The notes under the pieces were generated by a model. The model saw only the letters and a list, made by a program, of their open reading frames with translations, ran no database searches and was not told the origin of the DNA. The translations under genes and the position numbers were made by a program. A DNA stretch of 32,000 nucleotides from Pyrobaculum calidifontis JCM 11548 (lineage in GTDB: Archaea; Thermoproteota; Thermoprotei; Thermoproteales; Thermoproteaceae), in the NCBI RefSeq assembly GCF_000015805.1, contig NC_009073.1, positions 270,001 through 302,000 of the forward strand. Direction: 5' to 3'. Shown piece after piece: positions 15,270 to 24,158 of the stretch (position 1 is the first letter of the stretch; each line of letters begins with the position of its first letter).

Positions 15270-15501
15270 CTCGGTACCTCCCTATAAATAGCTAATGCCG
15301 AGCTATCTGGCTTAAAGGGGCCGTAATGGGGCAGTCGCCGACTCCCAAGCCTCGCCGTTGTGCCAACTCAAGGAGGGCCCCGGTGACACTCGTTAATCAG
15401 AGCCGTATGAGAGCCTTTGTGATGACACCTTGTCTCATTACGGCACATAAGGCGTAGTTTTCATACGCGCAAAACTTTTAATCATTGTAAAAATTGAAAT
15501 T

Positions 15502-16146
15502 ATGGACTTAGAGACGAACTTGTCGACTTCTGCCGCTTTTACTGGGAAAATTTTCAGCAATTGGGGCAGGTTGCTCCTCCTCATAGCTCTGAGCATAATC
15601 CCAATTGCCAACTTTATCGTGGTGGGGTACATGGCTAGGATTGTTAGAGAGAACCCGGACGAGCTGCCGAGGCTTGAGAACTATGCGGGACTCCTCCTCA
15701 ACGGTCTGCTGGTGTTCATCGCCTGGCTGATCTACGCCGCGGTTCCGTTGATTTTCATAATACTGGGGCTGGGCACTTGGCTTTTTTCAAGGACGTTGTC
15801 CCCGCTCGGCCTGGCGTTGTTCGTCGTCGGCGTTTTGCTCCTCTTGGGGGCCATGGTGATTGGCACAGTGGCCATAGGCTACACGATTAAGCGCGATATG
15901 GACTTTACCAAGATCTTCGCCTTCCAAGAGGTGTGGGGCATAATACAGCGGATTGGCGTGGGGCGCTACCTCGTGTGGTACTTGGTAATGTCCGCTTTGG
16001 GCCTTGTGGCGGCGGCGCTGGGGTGGGTGATTCCGTGGGTCGGAGGCGCCATTGCCGGCGTCTTCTTTGGTCTTTTTGCGAATAAGTCTCTGGCGCTGCT
16101 TCTCGACGAGGCGCTTAAGCCTCCTCAGCAGGCGGAGGGTAGCTAG
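15502..16146 (+). CDS. Polytopic membrane protein, DUF4013-like (tentative)
   Basis: About 5-6 hydrophobic segments, with an N-terminal IIPIANFIVVGYMARIV motif resembling the DUF4013 family as I recall it. Confidence 0.65.
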   Translation: MDLETNLSTSAAFTGKIFSNWGRLLLLIALSIIPIANFIVVGYMARIVRENPDELPRLENYAGLLLNGLLVFIAWLIYAAVPLIFIILGLGTWLFSRTLSPLGLALFVVGVLLLLGAMVIGTVAIGYTIKRDMDFTKIFAFQEVWGIIQRIGVGRYLVWYLVMSALGLVAAALGWVIPWVGGAIAGVFFGLFANKSLALLLDEALKPPQQAEGS

Positions 16147-17408
16147 AGGAAGAGCAGGAAGGGGAGGTAGATGGCCAAGTTCAACGCAGTGACCACAGCG
16201 CCGTATTTTGAGAACTGGGCGAAGGTTATCGTGGCGCCGTACCTCGTCTCTAGGACCTCCAGTATGATTATGTTGGAGGCGGCCCCCAGGAGGGTTAGGT
16301 TGCCGGCCACTGTGGCGGCCATGGCTAGGGTTAGCCACGCCTTTGGGTCCTCTACGCCGAGGTGGTGGAGGTAGGTGGCAAAGAGGCTTGTGAATGGGAC
16401 ATTGCTCAGAACTTGGCTTAGGGCGATGGAGAGGATGGTTATGGATAAGAGGTCTGTGGGCGTGCCGTGGTAGGCTGGGAGCAGTGCGGAGACCAGCGGC
16501 TGGAGCACGCCGCCGCGCCATATGGCGTCCATCGCTATGAACATTGTGGCAAAGAAGAGTATGGTCCCCCAGTCTACTCTGGCCAAGACCTCCCTGGGCT
16601 CTCTGGCGAGGAAGTACAGCGCGGCGGCGACGACGAAGGGTATAAGGCCTATGTTGTGTATGTGCGGCGCGCCTGAGAGTGCGGCGAGGTCGTTGGCCAC
16701 CATTGCTGCTACTGCGGACGCCAGCCCCACGGCGGCCAGCGCGGCGTCTCTCTTGTCTCTTATGTAGTCCCAGGGCGTTGCCACGTAGCGCACGGGGCCG
16801 TCCTCAATGCCCAAGACCTTAAAGAGGAGGAGGGGGACGGCGACTAGGTTTATAAGAGTGGGGATGGCGAGGGCGCCTAGGAAGGCCAGGAAGGGCGCCT
16901 TCATGCCCGACTCAACTGCTATCAACATATTCTGAGGGTTTCCAATGGGGGTCATGACGGAGCCCACGGTTAGAGAGAAGGCGAGTAGGAGAAACATGTC
17001 CCTGGGCCTTATCCCCGAGGCCCTTGCTATGGCGGCGGCTATCGGCGGCCCCATGAGCGCCACCGTGTCGTTTACCGCGAAGGCGGCTGTTAGGCCAAAG
17101 AGGAGGGACGACGCGACGTATATGGACCGCCTGGTCTTAAACGGCGAGATGAAGGCGTAGGCCAGCGCCTCCAGCAAGCCGCTCTTCTCGGCGAGGGCCA
17201 CTATGGAGAACATCCCCACGAGGAAGAAGAGGACTTCGAAGTTTACCACGTGGGGCACGTCGTCGATGGAGACCGGGCCGAGGACTATTGCCACAAAGGC
17301 GGCTAGCGACATTATGCTCCAGGTGGGCAGATGGGGGTAGAGGGGCCTGGCCGCCATGCCTCCTACCACAATGGCGAGGAGCAACAGGGCCACTAAGGCG
17401 TCGCCCAT
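16143..17408 (-). CDS. ArsB/NhaD-superfamily anion permease
   Basis: 421 aa with more than 10 TM segments. MTPIGNPQNMLIA and LLGAASNIIIL are typical of ArsB/NhaD/CitMHS-type permeases. Confidence 0.85.
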   Translation of the reverse strand: MGDALVALLLLAIVVGGMAARPLYPHLPTWSIMSLAAFVAIVLGPVSIDDVPHVVNFEVLFFLVGMFSIVALAEKSGLLEALAYAFISPFKTRRSIYVASSLLFGLTAAFAVNDTVALMGPPIAAAIARASGIRPRDMFLLLAFSLTVGSVMTPIGNPQNMLIAVESGMKAPFLAFLGALAIPTLINLVAVPLLLFKVLGIEDGPVRYVATPWDYIRDKRDAALAAVGLASAVAAMVANDLAALSGAPHIHNIGLIPFVVAAALYFLAREPREVLARVDWGTILFFATMFIAMDAIWRGGVLQPLVSALLPAYHGTPTDLLSITILSIALSQVLSNVPFTSLFATYLHHLGVEDPKAWLTLAMAATVAGNLTLLGAASNIIILEVLETRYGATITFAQFSKYGAVVTALNLAIYLPFLLFL

Positions 17409-17447
17409 TGGCGCGGGAGAGATTTAACCTTTTTATTGCTTGCCGCC

Positions 17448-17863
17448 GTGGAGTTTAGGCCGGTGGGGTTTGTGAGACACAGATACGGAGACGACGAGGT
17501 TAAGGCCAGGCGCGTGGTCGAAGCGGTGGTGGAGGTTTTGCCCGAGTTTGAGGAGGGGCTCCGGGCGTGGAGGAGTTCAGCCACTTGATCCTAGTCACGT
17601 ACCTCCACAAGTCTAGGGGCCGCCCTCTGGTGGTGAGGCCGAAGAGAGTCCCCGGCGCGCCCGAGGTGGGGGTGTTTGCCACAGACAGCCCCGATAGGCC
17701 GAACCCAATTGGTGTGACGATCGTGCGCCTTGTCAGACGGGAGGGCAGACTGCTCTACGTAGAGGGGGTAGACCTCTTCGACGGCACGCCGGTGTTAGAC
17801 ATAAAGCCTTTTACTCCCGCCAGATGCCCCGCCGACGTTAAGGCGCCGTGGTGGGCAGACTAG
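17448..17863 (+). pseudogene. trmO: tRNA methyltransferase TrmO/TsaA (YaeB) family, interrupted by a 1-nt frameshift (or homopolymer read error)
   Basis: Frame 0 from GTG 17448 reads VEFRPVGFVRHRYGDDEV...VLPEFEEGLR. The protein continues in another frame from 17567: VEEFSHLILVTYLH...VGVFATDSPDRPNPIGVT...DGTPVLDIKPF. The junction is at the G-run 17563-17565. Confidence 0.75.
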
Positions 17864-17898
17864 CGGTAAGGTTATAAACCCGTGGATTTTGTATACAC

Positions 17899-18063
17899 AT
17901 GCCGTCTCACGGTTCACTTACCAAGGCTGGAAAAGTGAGGAATCAGACGCCGAAGATACCGGCTAAGCCGAGGAAGAACCTCACGCCGAGGAGGCGCAAC
18001 ATTAGGAACTACAAGAGGAGGGTGCTTTACGCTTCTCAGCAGGCCGCCGCGGCTGAGGCCTAG
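17899..18063 (+). CDS. rps30e: Ribosomal protein eS30 (S30e)
   Basis: Below the ORF-track size cutoff. My translation gives [42 protein letters not shown]..., the [14 protein letters not shown] hallmark. TATA GGTTATAAAC lies about 25 bp upstream. Confidence 0.85.
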   Translation: MPSHGSLTKAGKVRNQTPKIPAKPRKNLTPRRRNIRNYKRRVLYASQQAAAAEA

Positions 18064-18563
18064 CCGCCGAGGTCGCCTCTGCCAAACCTGCTCAAGTAGA
18101 ATTCCACAATTTTCCTCAGCGCCCGCCTAAGCTTCCTATCCGCCGCCGAGGGCGATATGCCGGCGACGGCGGCGAGCTCCTTGAGAGAGATCTTTCTCCC
18201 ATCGTCGAAGTAGCCGAGGCGGTAGGCCAATTCCACGAGCTTGAGCTGGTCCTCCGTGAGCTGTGGGTCTCTGATGTACTTAGCCCTGCCGATGACCCTC
18301 GGCTGTAGCCCCCGGTAGTGCAACTCCCTTAAAATCCGGGAGATTTGGTAGGCGTTTGCGATGAGGATGAGCTCGGCTCTGCCTCCGCATATTCTGCCCC
18401 CAACCACCGCGGCGCCGTACTCAGCCACTACTTCGCAAGGCTCGCACTTCACCCTCGTCAAAGACTGATCTGCGAGAAGCACGTGGCCCATGTTTACCCC
18501 AACTACTTCGCCGCATACAGACCCGTCTCCATACTTGAAAGAGATTGTGAGCCGTAACGCCAC
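18060..18563 (-). CDS. HTH_10 (bacterio-opsin activator type) transcriptional regulator
   Basis: The C-terminal [51 protein letters not shown] is a clear HTH_10 pattern. GTG 18563 is preferred as start because 18570-18650 is an AT-rich promoter shared with the ferredoxin gene. Confidence 0.7.
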   Translation of the reverse strand: MALRLTISFKYGDGSVCGEVVGVNMGHVLLADQSLTRVKCEPCEVVAEYGAAVVGGRICGGRAELILIANAYQISRILRELHYRGLQPRVIGRAKYIRDPQLTEDQLKLVELAYRLGYFDDGRKISLKELAAVAGISPSAADRKLRRALRKIVEFYLSRFGRGDLGG

Positions 18564-18656
18564 ACCGTTAAGTCCATATGCGTTAAAAATGTTGCACAGT
18601 GAATAGGTGCAAGATTTTACACGAATACTTATATTGAGCTGTAAATTGGGGATGCC

Positions 18657-18983
18657 ATGGCCGCGGAACTGTTGAAATACCAAAGGGTATTAATAGACCA
18701 AGACACTTGCATCAGTTGCGGCGCCTGTGTCGCCGCATGCCCCTACCAAGCGCTTGAGCTGGACGAAAACGGTAAGGCTAGAATGATCTGGGAGATGTGT
18801 AAAGACGACTTCTCCTGCGTCGCTGTATGTCCCGTCAAATGTATATACAAGATAAGCGAGGCACCTGCCGAGTTTAAGGCTAAGAAGGGGTGGTACAGGC
18901 TGGGCAAGGCGCTGTCGCCAGAGGAGCAGAAGGCTTTTCAGGAGTGGAAGGCGAAATACGGCGTCACAGCAGACCCAGTATAA
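18657..18983 (+). CDS. Ferredoxin, 2x[4Fe-4S]-type
   Basis: CISCGACVAACP and C...CVAVCP cluster-binding motifs. Confidence 0.85.
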   Translation: MAAELLKYQRVLIDQDTCISCGACVAACPYQALELDENGKARMIWEMCKDDFSCVAVCPVKCIYKISEAPAEFKAKKGWYRLGKALSPEEQKAFQEWKAKYGVTADPV

Positions 18984-19012
18984 CTTTTTTACCCAAGCCC
19001 CCCACTTTTTCC

Positions 19013-20104
19013 GTGGGTTTTTGCAAACTCTGTGGAAGAGTTGGTATCACAATTTCTAGCAGGCTGGGGGTCTGTGTAGACTGCCTTAGGAGGAGGCCGA
19101 GGGAGGCGTTGAAGATCGCCGAAGAGCTCCATAGGGCTAGCCGCCTGAGGTTTGGCCTCCCCCTCTCTCCTCCCCAGGGCGGCGTCCCCTGCGGCATATG
19201 TGGCAGGGGGTGCTCGGTGCCCGAGGGCGGCGTGGGATACTGCGGCCTTGTTAAAAACGTGGGTGGGCGCTTGACTAGGCCAGGCGGCGTGTACATGGGG
19301 GTTCTTGAGTACTACTACGACCCAATACCCACCAACTGCGTCGCCGACTGGGTGTGCCCAGCGTCAACGGGGAGGGGGTACCCCAAATACGCCAAGTCGC
19401 CCGCGGGCGAAGTTGGCTACTACAACTTGGCCGTCTTCTACGGCGCCTGTAGCCTCGACTGTCTGTACTGCCAGAACTGGCACTATAGGAAGTACCCGAG
19501 GCGCCCCGTGTTTGCCTCGGTGGAGGAGCTGGATAGGGCCATGGACCGCCGCGTGTCTTGCGTCTGCTTCTTCGGCGGCGACCCCGCGCCGCAGGTGGTA
19601 CACGCCCTACTTGTGGCAAAGAGGGCGGCGGAGAAGGGGGTCAGAGTGTGTTGGGAGACGAGCGGCCAACTGGCGCCGCACCTCTTGGACAAGGTGGTGG
19701 AGATCTCGCTTAAGACTGGGGGAATTGTGAAATTTGACCTCAAGGCCTTTACGCCGAGCGTCTACAAGGCGCTGACCGACGGCGAGGTGGACATAGTGCT
19801 TAGAAACTTCAAAGTGGCGGTGCGCCGTTTTAGAGAGCGGCCGGAGGTCCCCCTGGTCGTGGCCTCGATCCTCCTAGTGCCCGGCTACGTCGACGAGATA
19901 GAGGTAGACCTCCTCACCAAGTTTATAGCACGCCTAGAGCCAGAGGTGCCCACTAGATTTTTGGCATTCCACCCCGACTACCTCCTCGACGATCTGCCCC
20001 CGACCTCCATTCGCCATGCGGAGACAGCCGTAAAAATCGCACAGGAAAACGGCCTCGTAGAGGTGGACGTCGGCAACGCGTGGCTACTCGGCGACTACTA
20101 CTAG
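19013..20104 (+). CDS. Radical SAM activating-enzyme-like protein (PflA/COG1180 type) with N-terminal Cys-rich zinc-ribbon region
   Basis: CSLDCLYCQNW radical SAM motif, plus N-terminal CKLCG...CVDC and CGICG...C motifs. GTG 19013 is preferred because the track start 18890 overlaps the ferredoxin gene. Confidence 0.8.
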   Translation: MGFCKLCGRVGITISSRLGVCVDCLRRRPREALKIAEELHRASRLRFGLPLSPPQGGVPCGICGRGCSVPEGGVGYCGLVKNVGGRLTRPGGVYMGVLEYYYDPIPTNCVADWVCPASTGRGYPKYAKSPAGEVGYYNLAVFYGACSLDCLYCQNWHYRKYPRRPVFASVEELDRAMDRRVSCVCFFGGDPAPQVVHALLVAKRAAEKGVRVCWETSGQLAPHLLDKVVEISLKTGGIVKFDLKAFTPSVYKALTDGEVDIVLRNFKVAVRRFRERPEVPLVVASILLVPGYVDEIEVDLLTKFIARLEPEVPTRFLAFHPDYLLDDLPPTSIRHAETAVKIAQENGLVEVDVGNAWLLGDYY

Positions 20105-21255
20105 GGCTGTCTCCCCGGCGGCGTGCAGTAGGGCTTTATGTGTTTGTACACGTCGCTGAGCCTAGGCCTGTCCTTGAACAACACCACGTTTGGGAGCAGT
20201 TCCTTCCACGTGGCCATGGCGAGCTCCTCGCTCACAAGGACTAGGAGGGGCTTCTTCACCTTAGCCAGCTTTTCATACTTCCGCCTGAGGTAGTCCGGCG
20301 TCCAGAAGCCCACCACCTCGACGTACAAATCGCCTATCTTGAAGTCCGGTATGTACACTCTCTTGTCCACTACGAGGACCTCGGGCTCTCGCTCCACGCG
20401 GCAGACCCTAGACACTTGCCTGTAGAACTCCGCCTCTATAGAGCTGTCGAACTCCTCCTCCGGCGGAGGCTGGCGCGGCAGGTCGGGGGCCGTGCGCCAG
20501 TCCTCGCGGTATGTGTACACTCTGTCCCTCAGCTTTATCTGTGCCTCTATTTTCCACTGTCCGGCGGAGACTATGTAGGGCACGAGCTTGGCGAGCCTAG
20601 TGCCGTACCGCTCGGTCTGCCTAAGCGCGGAGACTGGGCCGTCGAAGTGGAACACGAGCCACCCCCCGTCCCCCTCCTCGGCTATGTACATTAGGCGGTA
20701 CCCCTTCACCGCCCTTATCAGCCTCTTCACCACCGCGGGGGCGTTGGGGACCCACGCCTTTACGTATAACGACTTGAACAAGAGCGTCTGCATAAGCGCG
20801 AGGTTGTACTCCCGCGCCAGCTCCTCCGCCGTAATGGAGGGGGGCTCGACGATCTCTAAGTTGTCCTCGTAGGCCTTTAAGAAGAGGCACCTCACCTCCC
20901 CGGGGTCTAGCCTGAGCTTGGACGCCACCGTGTTGAAGACAGCCTCCCTCGCCTCAGCTGTTAAGACGGGCCAGGATGCCGCCGCGGCTTTAAAGACCTC
21001 AAGCCTGATCCTGGAGACCAGGCGCCTGTCCACTGACTCAGCCTTGAGGAAGTGGCTGAGGACGTGGGCGAGGCCGCCCGCCAGCTTTTTGTCAAAGCCA
21101 AGCGCCTCCACCCTCCTCTTGAACTCGCCCAGCGTCTTGGCACCTCTCGCCGCCTCAATGACTTCAGCCGCCGCCGACGCGTCGGAGAGATACCTCGGCC
21201 TAATCTCTCCGCCCTTCCGCACGACGCGGAGGTAGTCTATGGACATCAACGTCAT
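20101..21255 (-). CDS. bax1: Bax1 (DUF790) nuclease, XPB partner
   Basis: ATGA overlap with the xpb stop. The C-terminal VYIPDFKIGDLYVEVVGFWTPDYLRRKYEKL matches the DUF790 nuclease core as recalled. Confidence 0.85.
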   Translation of the reverse strand: MTLMSIDYLRVVRKGGEIRPRYLSDASAAAEVIEAARGAKTLGEFKRRVEALGFDKKLAGGLAHVLSHFLKAESVDRRLVSRIRLEVFKAAAASWPVLTAEAREAVFNTVASKLRLDPGEVRCLFLKAYEDNLEIVEPPSITAEELAREYNLALMQTLLFKSLYVKAWVPNAPAVVKRLIRAVKGYRLMYIAEEGDGGWLVFHFDGPVSALRQTERYGTRLAKLVPYIVSAGQWKIEAQIKLRDRVYTYREDWRTAPDLPRQPPPEEEFDSSIEAEFYRQVSRVCRVEREPEVLVVDKRVYIPDFKIGDLYVEVVGFWTPDYLRRKYEKLAKVKKPLLVLVSEELAMATWKELLPNVVLFKDRPRLSDVYKHIKPYCTPPGRQP

Positions 21256-22622
21256 GACACGCCCCTCTTCCTCCTCCTGGCCATGTCCACCTCCCTCGTC
21301 TTCGCCGTCACCACCTCGTAGATCTTGGCCCTATGCGGCTTGAGCCTAAGCGCGCGGCCCATCCGCTGTATGAACTGCCTAACGCTGGACGTCCCGCCCA
21401 AAATCACCACCACGTCCACGTCTGGCACGTCCACCCCCTCGTCTAAGACTTTCCCAGTCACAATCGCCTTGACCTCCCCCCTGCGGAACATGGCCATTAC
21501 CTGCTCCCGCTCCTGGGGACTTATGTCGTGTGTGACCAGGGGTATGAGGTAGCGCTCGGAGACGGCTCTGGCAAGCGAGGTGTATTCAGTGAAGATGAGG
21601 ACCTTTGAGGCGGGGTGCCTCGCGAGTATTTCCCCCACCGCCTCCACCTTGGCAGAGGTCTCGTGGATAAGCCTCCTCATGATGTGCCAAGCCTCAAGCG
21701 CCCTCCTGGCCTCGGGGCTTCTCCCAGCCAGCGCCACCAACTTCTGGAAGTCAGAGGGCGACTTGAACCTCAGCCCCTTCTTCCTCAGATACGATAGGTA
21801 CCTCTGCTCCGCCTCTTTGTACACCATCTTCTCCTCCTCGGTCAACTCCACCTTGACCACCTCCACCTCGTAGTCTGCTACCCACACACCCCTGATGTCC
21901 CTCGCCGACATTTTGTACACCACAGGCCCCACGAGCCAGTCCAAGTCCACGTGTAGCTCATCCGCCCTCTCGGGAGTGGCCGTGAGACCCAGCCTATACG
22001 GGGCAGGGCTAAGCTCCGCTATCTGCCGGTAGGAGGGGGAGGGCAAGTGGTGGACTTCGTCGAAGACGAGAAACATGTACCTATTGCCCAGCACCTCCAC
22101 CGCGGCGTAGGCGGAGTCGTAGGTGATGACTGTGACACAGCTCTCCCGCTTCTCCTCGCCGTACCAAACCCCCACTCTCCCTGGAAAGTACTGGGAGAGC
22201 CTACTCCTCCACTGCTGGAGGAGCTCGACAGTGGGCACCACCACTAGGGCGGGTACCCTCATCTGCGCTATGGCGGCAATTGCCACGTAAGTCTTCCCAG
22301 CCCCCGTGGGCATGACCACCACGCCCCTCTTAGCCTTTGACCAAGCCGCCAGCGCCTCGGCCTGGTAGCTTCTCAGCTTAGCCTCAGCCGCGGCTCTCAC
22401 CTCGGCGCAGTGGAGAGACCACACCCGGTCCTCCACCTCAACCCCCAAGGCCCTAGCCGCCGCCAAAATCCGCGGGTAGTAGATTGCGAGGGCCCGGTAC
22501 TTCCCTACCCTCTCGTCGAATTTGAGAAAGGAGAGCTTGCGCAGTTCTTGGGGGAGAGAGCCCTCCACTAGGACTGTGCCCCTGTCCCAGGTAAGGACGA
22601 TTCTCGGCGTCGTCAATCCCAC
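21252..22622 (-). CDS. xpb: XPB/Rad25 (ERCC3) SF2 helicase
   Basis: LRSYQAEAL, Walker A MPTGAGKT, Walker B FDEVHH, LGLTATPERADE and helicase domain 2 motifs (TGKVLDEGVDVP, QRMGRALR). The start is GTG 22622 or TTG 22616. Confidence 0.9.
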   Translation of the reverse strand: MGLTTPRIVLTWDRGTVLVEGSLPQELRKLSFLKFDERVGKYRALAIYYPRILAAARALGVEVEDRVWSLHCAEVRAAAEAKLRSYQAEALAAWSKAKRGVVVMPTGAGKTYVAIAAIAQMRVPALVVVPTVELLQQWRSRLSQYFPGRVGVWYGEEKRESCVTVITYDSAYAAVEVLGNRYMFLVFDEVHHLPSPSYRQIAELSPAPYRLGLTATPERADELHVDLDWLVGPVVYKMSARDIRGVWVADYEVEVVKVELTEEEKMVYKEAEQRYLSYLRKKGLRFKSPSDFQKLVALAGRSPEARRALEAWHIMRRLIHETSAKVEAVGEILARHPASKVLIFTEYTSLARAVSERYLIPLVTHDISPQEREQVMAMFRRGEVKAIVTGKVLDEGVDVPDVDVVVILGGTSSVRQFIQRMGRALRLKPHRAKIYEVVTAKTREVDMARRRKRGVS

Positions 22623-23479
22623 GCCACCTCTACCCCGAGCCCTGTCCTCTGCGCCTTTTCAACGACGTAAAGGGCCATGGCCGCGTCAAAGAGGGGATTC
22701 CCCACAGACTTGTACACCTTAATTTCGCCGAAGTCGCAACGCGCGCCTCGGAGGAAGTCGCCCATGTAGACCCACTTGGGCGCCACGTCGTCGCTCTCCT
22801 CGGCGGCATGGGGGTTGTCCACAAGCATGCAGCCGGCCCTCCTCTTGACTTCGTCGTCGAGCTCTCTGACGGGGCGCGGCGCGCCTATGGTTATAACCAC
22901 GGCCCCAGCCTTTAGAGTCGCCCCGAGGACCACCGGCGACTTGGACGTAGTTGCCGCAATTACCAAGTCGCTGCCGAGCGCCTCGGCGTGTGTAACAGAC
23001 ACAGCGCCGTATTTTGCCGCCAGTTGCGCCGCCCTAGTGGGCTCTATGTCGTACACCTTGAAGCTTGCGCTGGGGTAAAGCGCCTTGAAGACCCGGAGGT
23101 GGTACTCCGCCTGGAGGCCTGCCCCAATGATGCCGATGGTCTCCGGCTCGGCGCCCATGGCCCTCGCCGCCACGGCGCTCGCCGCGGCCGTCCTCCACCC
23201 GGTGAGCTGAGTGCCGTTGATTAGGGCAAGCGGGGAGCCCCGCTCTGGGTCTATTACCATCACCACGGCCTTCACAGTGGGCCTCGCCCTGGGGTATATG
23301 CCCACAAGCTTCACCGCTATTTTGCCCCCCATGTGGGCCACCATGGGGGCAAACCACACGTCTCCCACAGTCAGCGCCTGCCGGGGGAGAAACTTTGCCT
23401 CCGTCAGATAGCCGCGCCTAATTGCCTCCACGGCCTCCCCTGGGTCGACCAGGGGGTCGATGTTGGGCAAGAGCAACAT
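22613..23479 (-). CDS. Ornithine cyclodeaminase/mu-crystallin family protein (archaeal alanine dehydrogenase-like)
   Basis: LTGWRTAAASAVAA and the Rossmann motif GIIGAGLQA. Its 3' end overlaps the xpb start by 10 nt. Confidence 0.85.
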   Translation of the reverse strand: MLLLPNIDPLVDPGEAVEAIRRGYLTEAKFLPRQALTVGDVWFAPMVAHMGGKIAVKLVGIYPRARPTVKAVVMVIDPERGSPLALINGTQLTGWRTAAASAVAARAMGAEPETIGIIGAGLQAEYHLRVFKALYPSASFKVYDIEPTRAAQLAAKYGAVSVTHAEALGSDLVIAATTSKSPVVLGATLKAGAVVITIGAPRPVRELDDEVKRRAGCMLVDNPHAAEESDDVAPKWVYMGDFLRGARCDFGEIKVYKSVGNPLFDAAMALYVVEKAQRTGLGVEVAWD

Positions 23480-23497
23480 GTCAACTGCCCCGGCCCC

Positions 23498-23509
23498 TCT
23501 TTAAAAAAG
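23498..23509 (-). promoter_or_regulatory. TATA-like element for the ocd-xpb-bax1 operon
   Basis: The complement of TCTTTAAAAAAG lies 20-30 bp upstream of the ocd ATG (23479) and overlaps the corA stop codon. Confidence 0.45.
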
Positions 23510-24145
23510 TTTGCCTAAGATGTATGCAAAGCCGGCGGTCGCCGCGGCTAGAATTACAAACACCGCGGGGGGATTGTCCGCGAGAGGGAGCCAGGAGAGG
23601 TTCATGCCATAGAACCCCGTGATTATGAGCGCCGGCAGAGCCACTGTGCCCAGCCACGTCAGCCTTTTCACAGAGACGTCCAGCGACATCTGCACCACTG
23701 TGCTGTACAGCAACCTGACGTCACGGGCAAATCTGCGGAGGAGGAGGGCTCTGCGGGCTAGAGACCGGGCGTATGCGTACTGCCTATACCCAACTAGCCC
23801 CCTCCTCTTAAGCTCCACGGCCAGTTGCCGAAGCTGAGACGCGGCGAAGTACAACATGTGCGAGTTGTAGAGCGCTGTGTACACCTCGCCGGGGGACACT
23901 CTCTCCTCTGTCTCCAGCCTAAACTCGAGGGTGTCCAACGACGACTCCACGGCGGAGATGGCCTCGGCGAGGCGCTGTAGCGCGCCGTAGAGGGCCTCTT
24001 GAACTGTTGAGTAGGGGCCGCTTACCACTCTGCCGTCTCTCTCGGCGACGAGCTCGACCACCTCCTCCTTGACCTCGCCCCCCTCAAGGGCCACGAGGGG
24101 GATTTGTAGGTGTATGAGACCGCCCTCGTCAAATATATACACCAT
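23501..24145 (-). CDS. corA: Short CorA-family Mg2+/Co2+ transporter
   Basis: C-terminal two TM helices carry the YGMNL (GMN) motif. At 214 aa it is shorter than typical CorA. Confidence 0.8.
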   Translation of the reverse strand: MVYIFDEGGLIHLQIPLVALEGGEVKEEVVELVAERDGRVVSGPYSTVQEALYGALQRLAEAISAVESSLDTLEFRLETEERVSPGEVYTALYNSHMLYFAASQLRQLAVELKRRGLVGYRQYAYARSLARRALLLRRFARDVRLLYSTVVQMSLDVSVKRLTWLGTVALPALIITGFYGMNLSWLPLADNPPAVFVILAAATAGFAYILGKLF

Positions 24146-24158
24146 GTAGTTTAGAGAC

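Noticed and set aside
15400-15460. Candidate C/D box sRNA (C-box-like GTGATGA at 15419-15425, ATGAGAG at 15406-15412)
   Set aside because: No D box (CTGA) or C'/D' set is found at the required ~12-nt guide spacing on either strand, and there is no terminal stem. The 230-bp intergenic region 15270-15501 remains unexplained.
18890-19012. Upstream extension of the PflA-like radical SAM ORF
   Set aside because: It overlaps the ferredoxin gene in another frame with non-protein-like sequence. GTG 19013, just before the Cys-rich N-terminus, is preferred.
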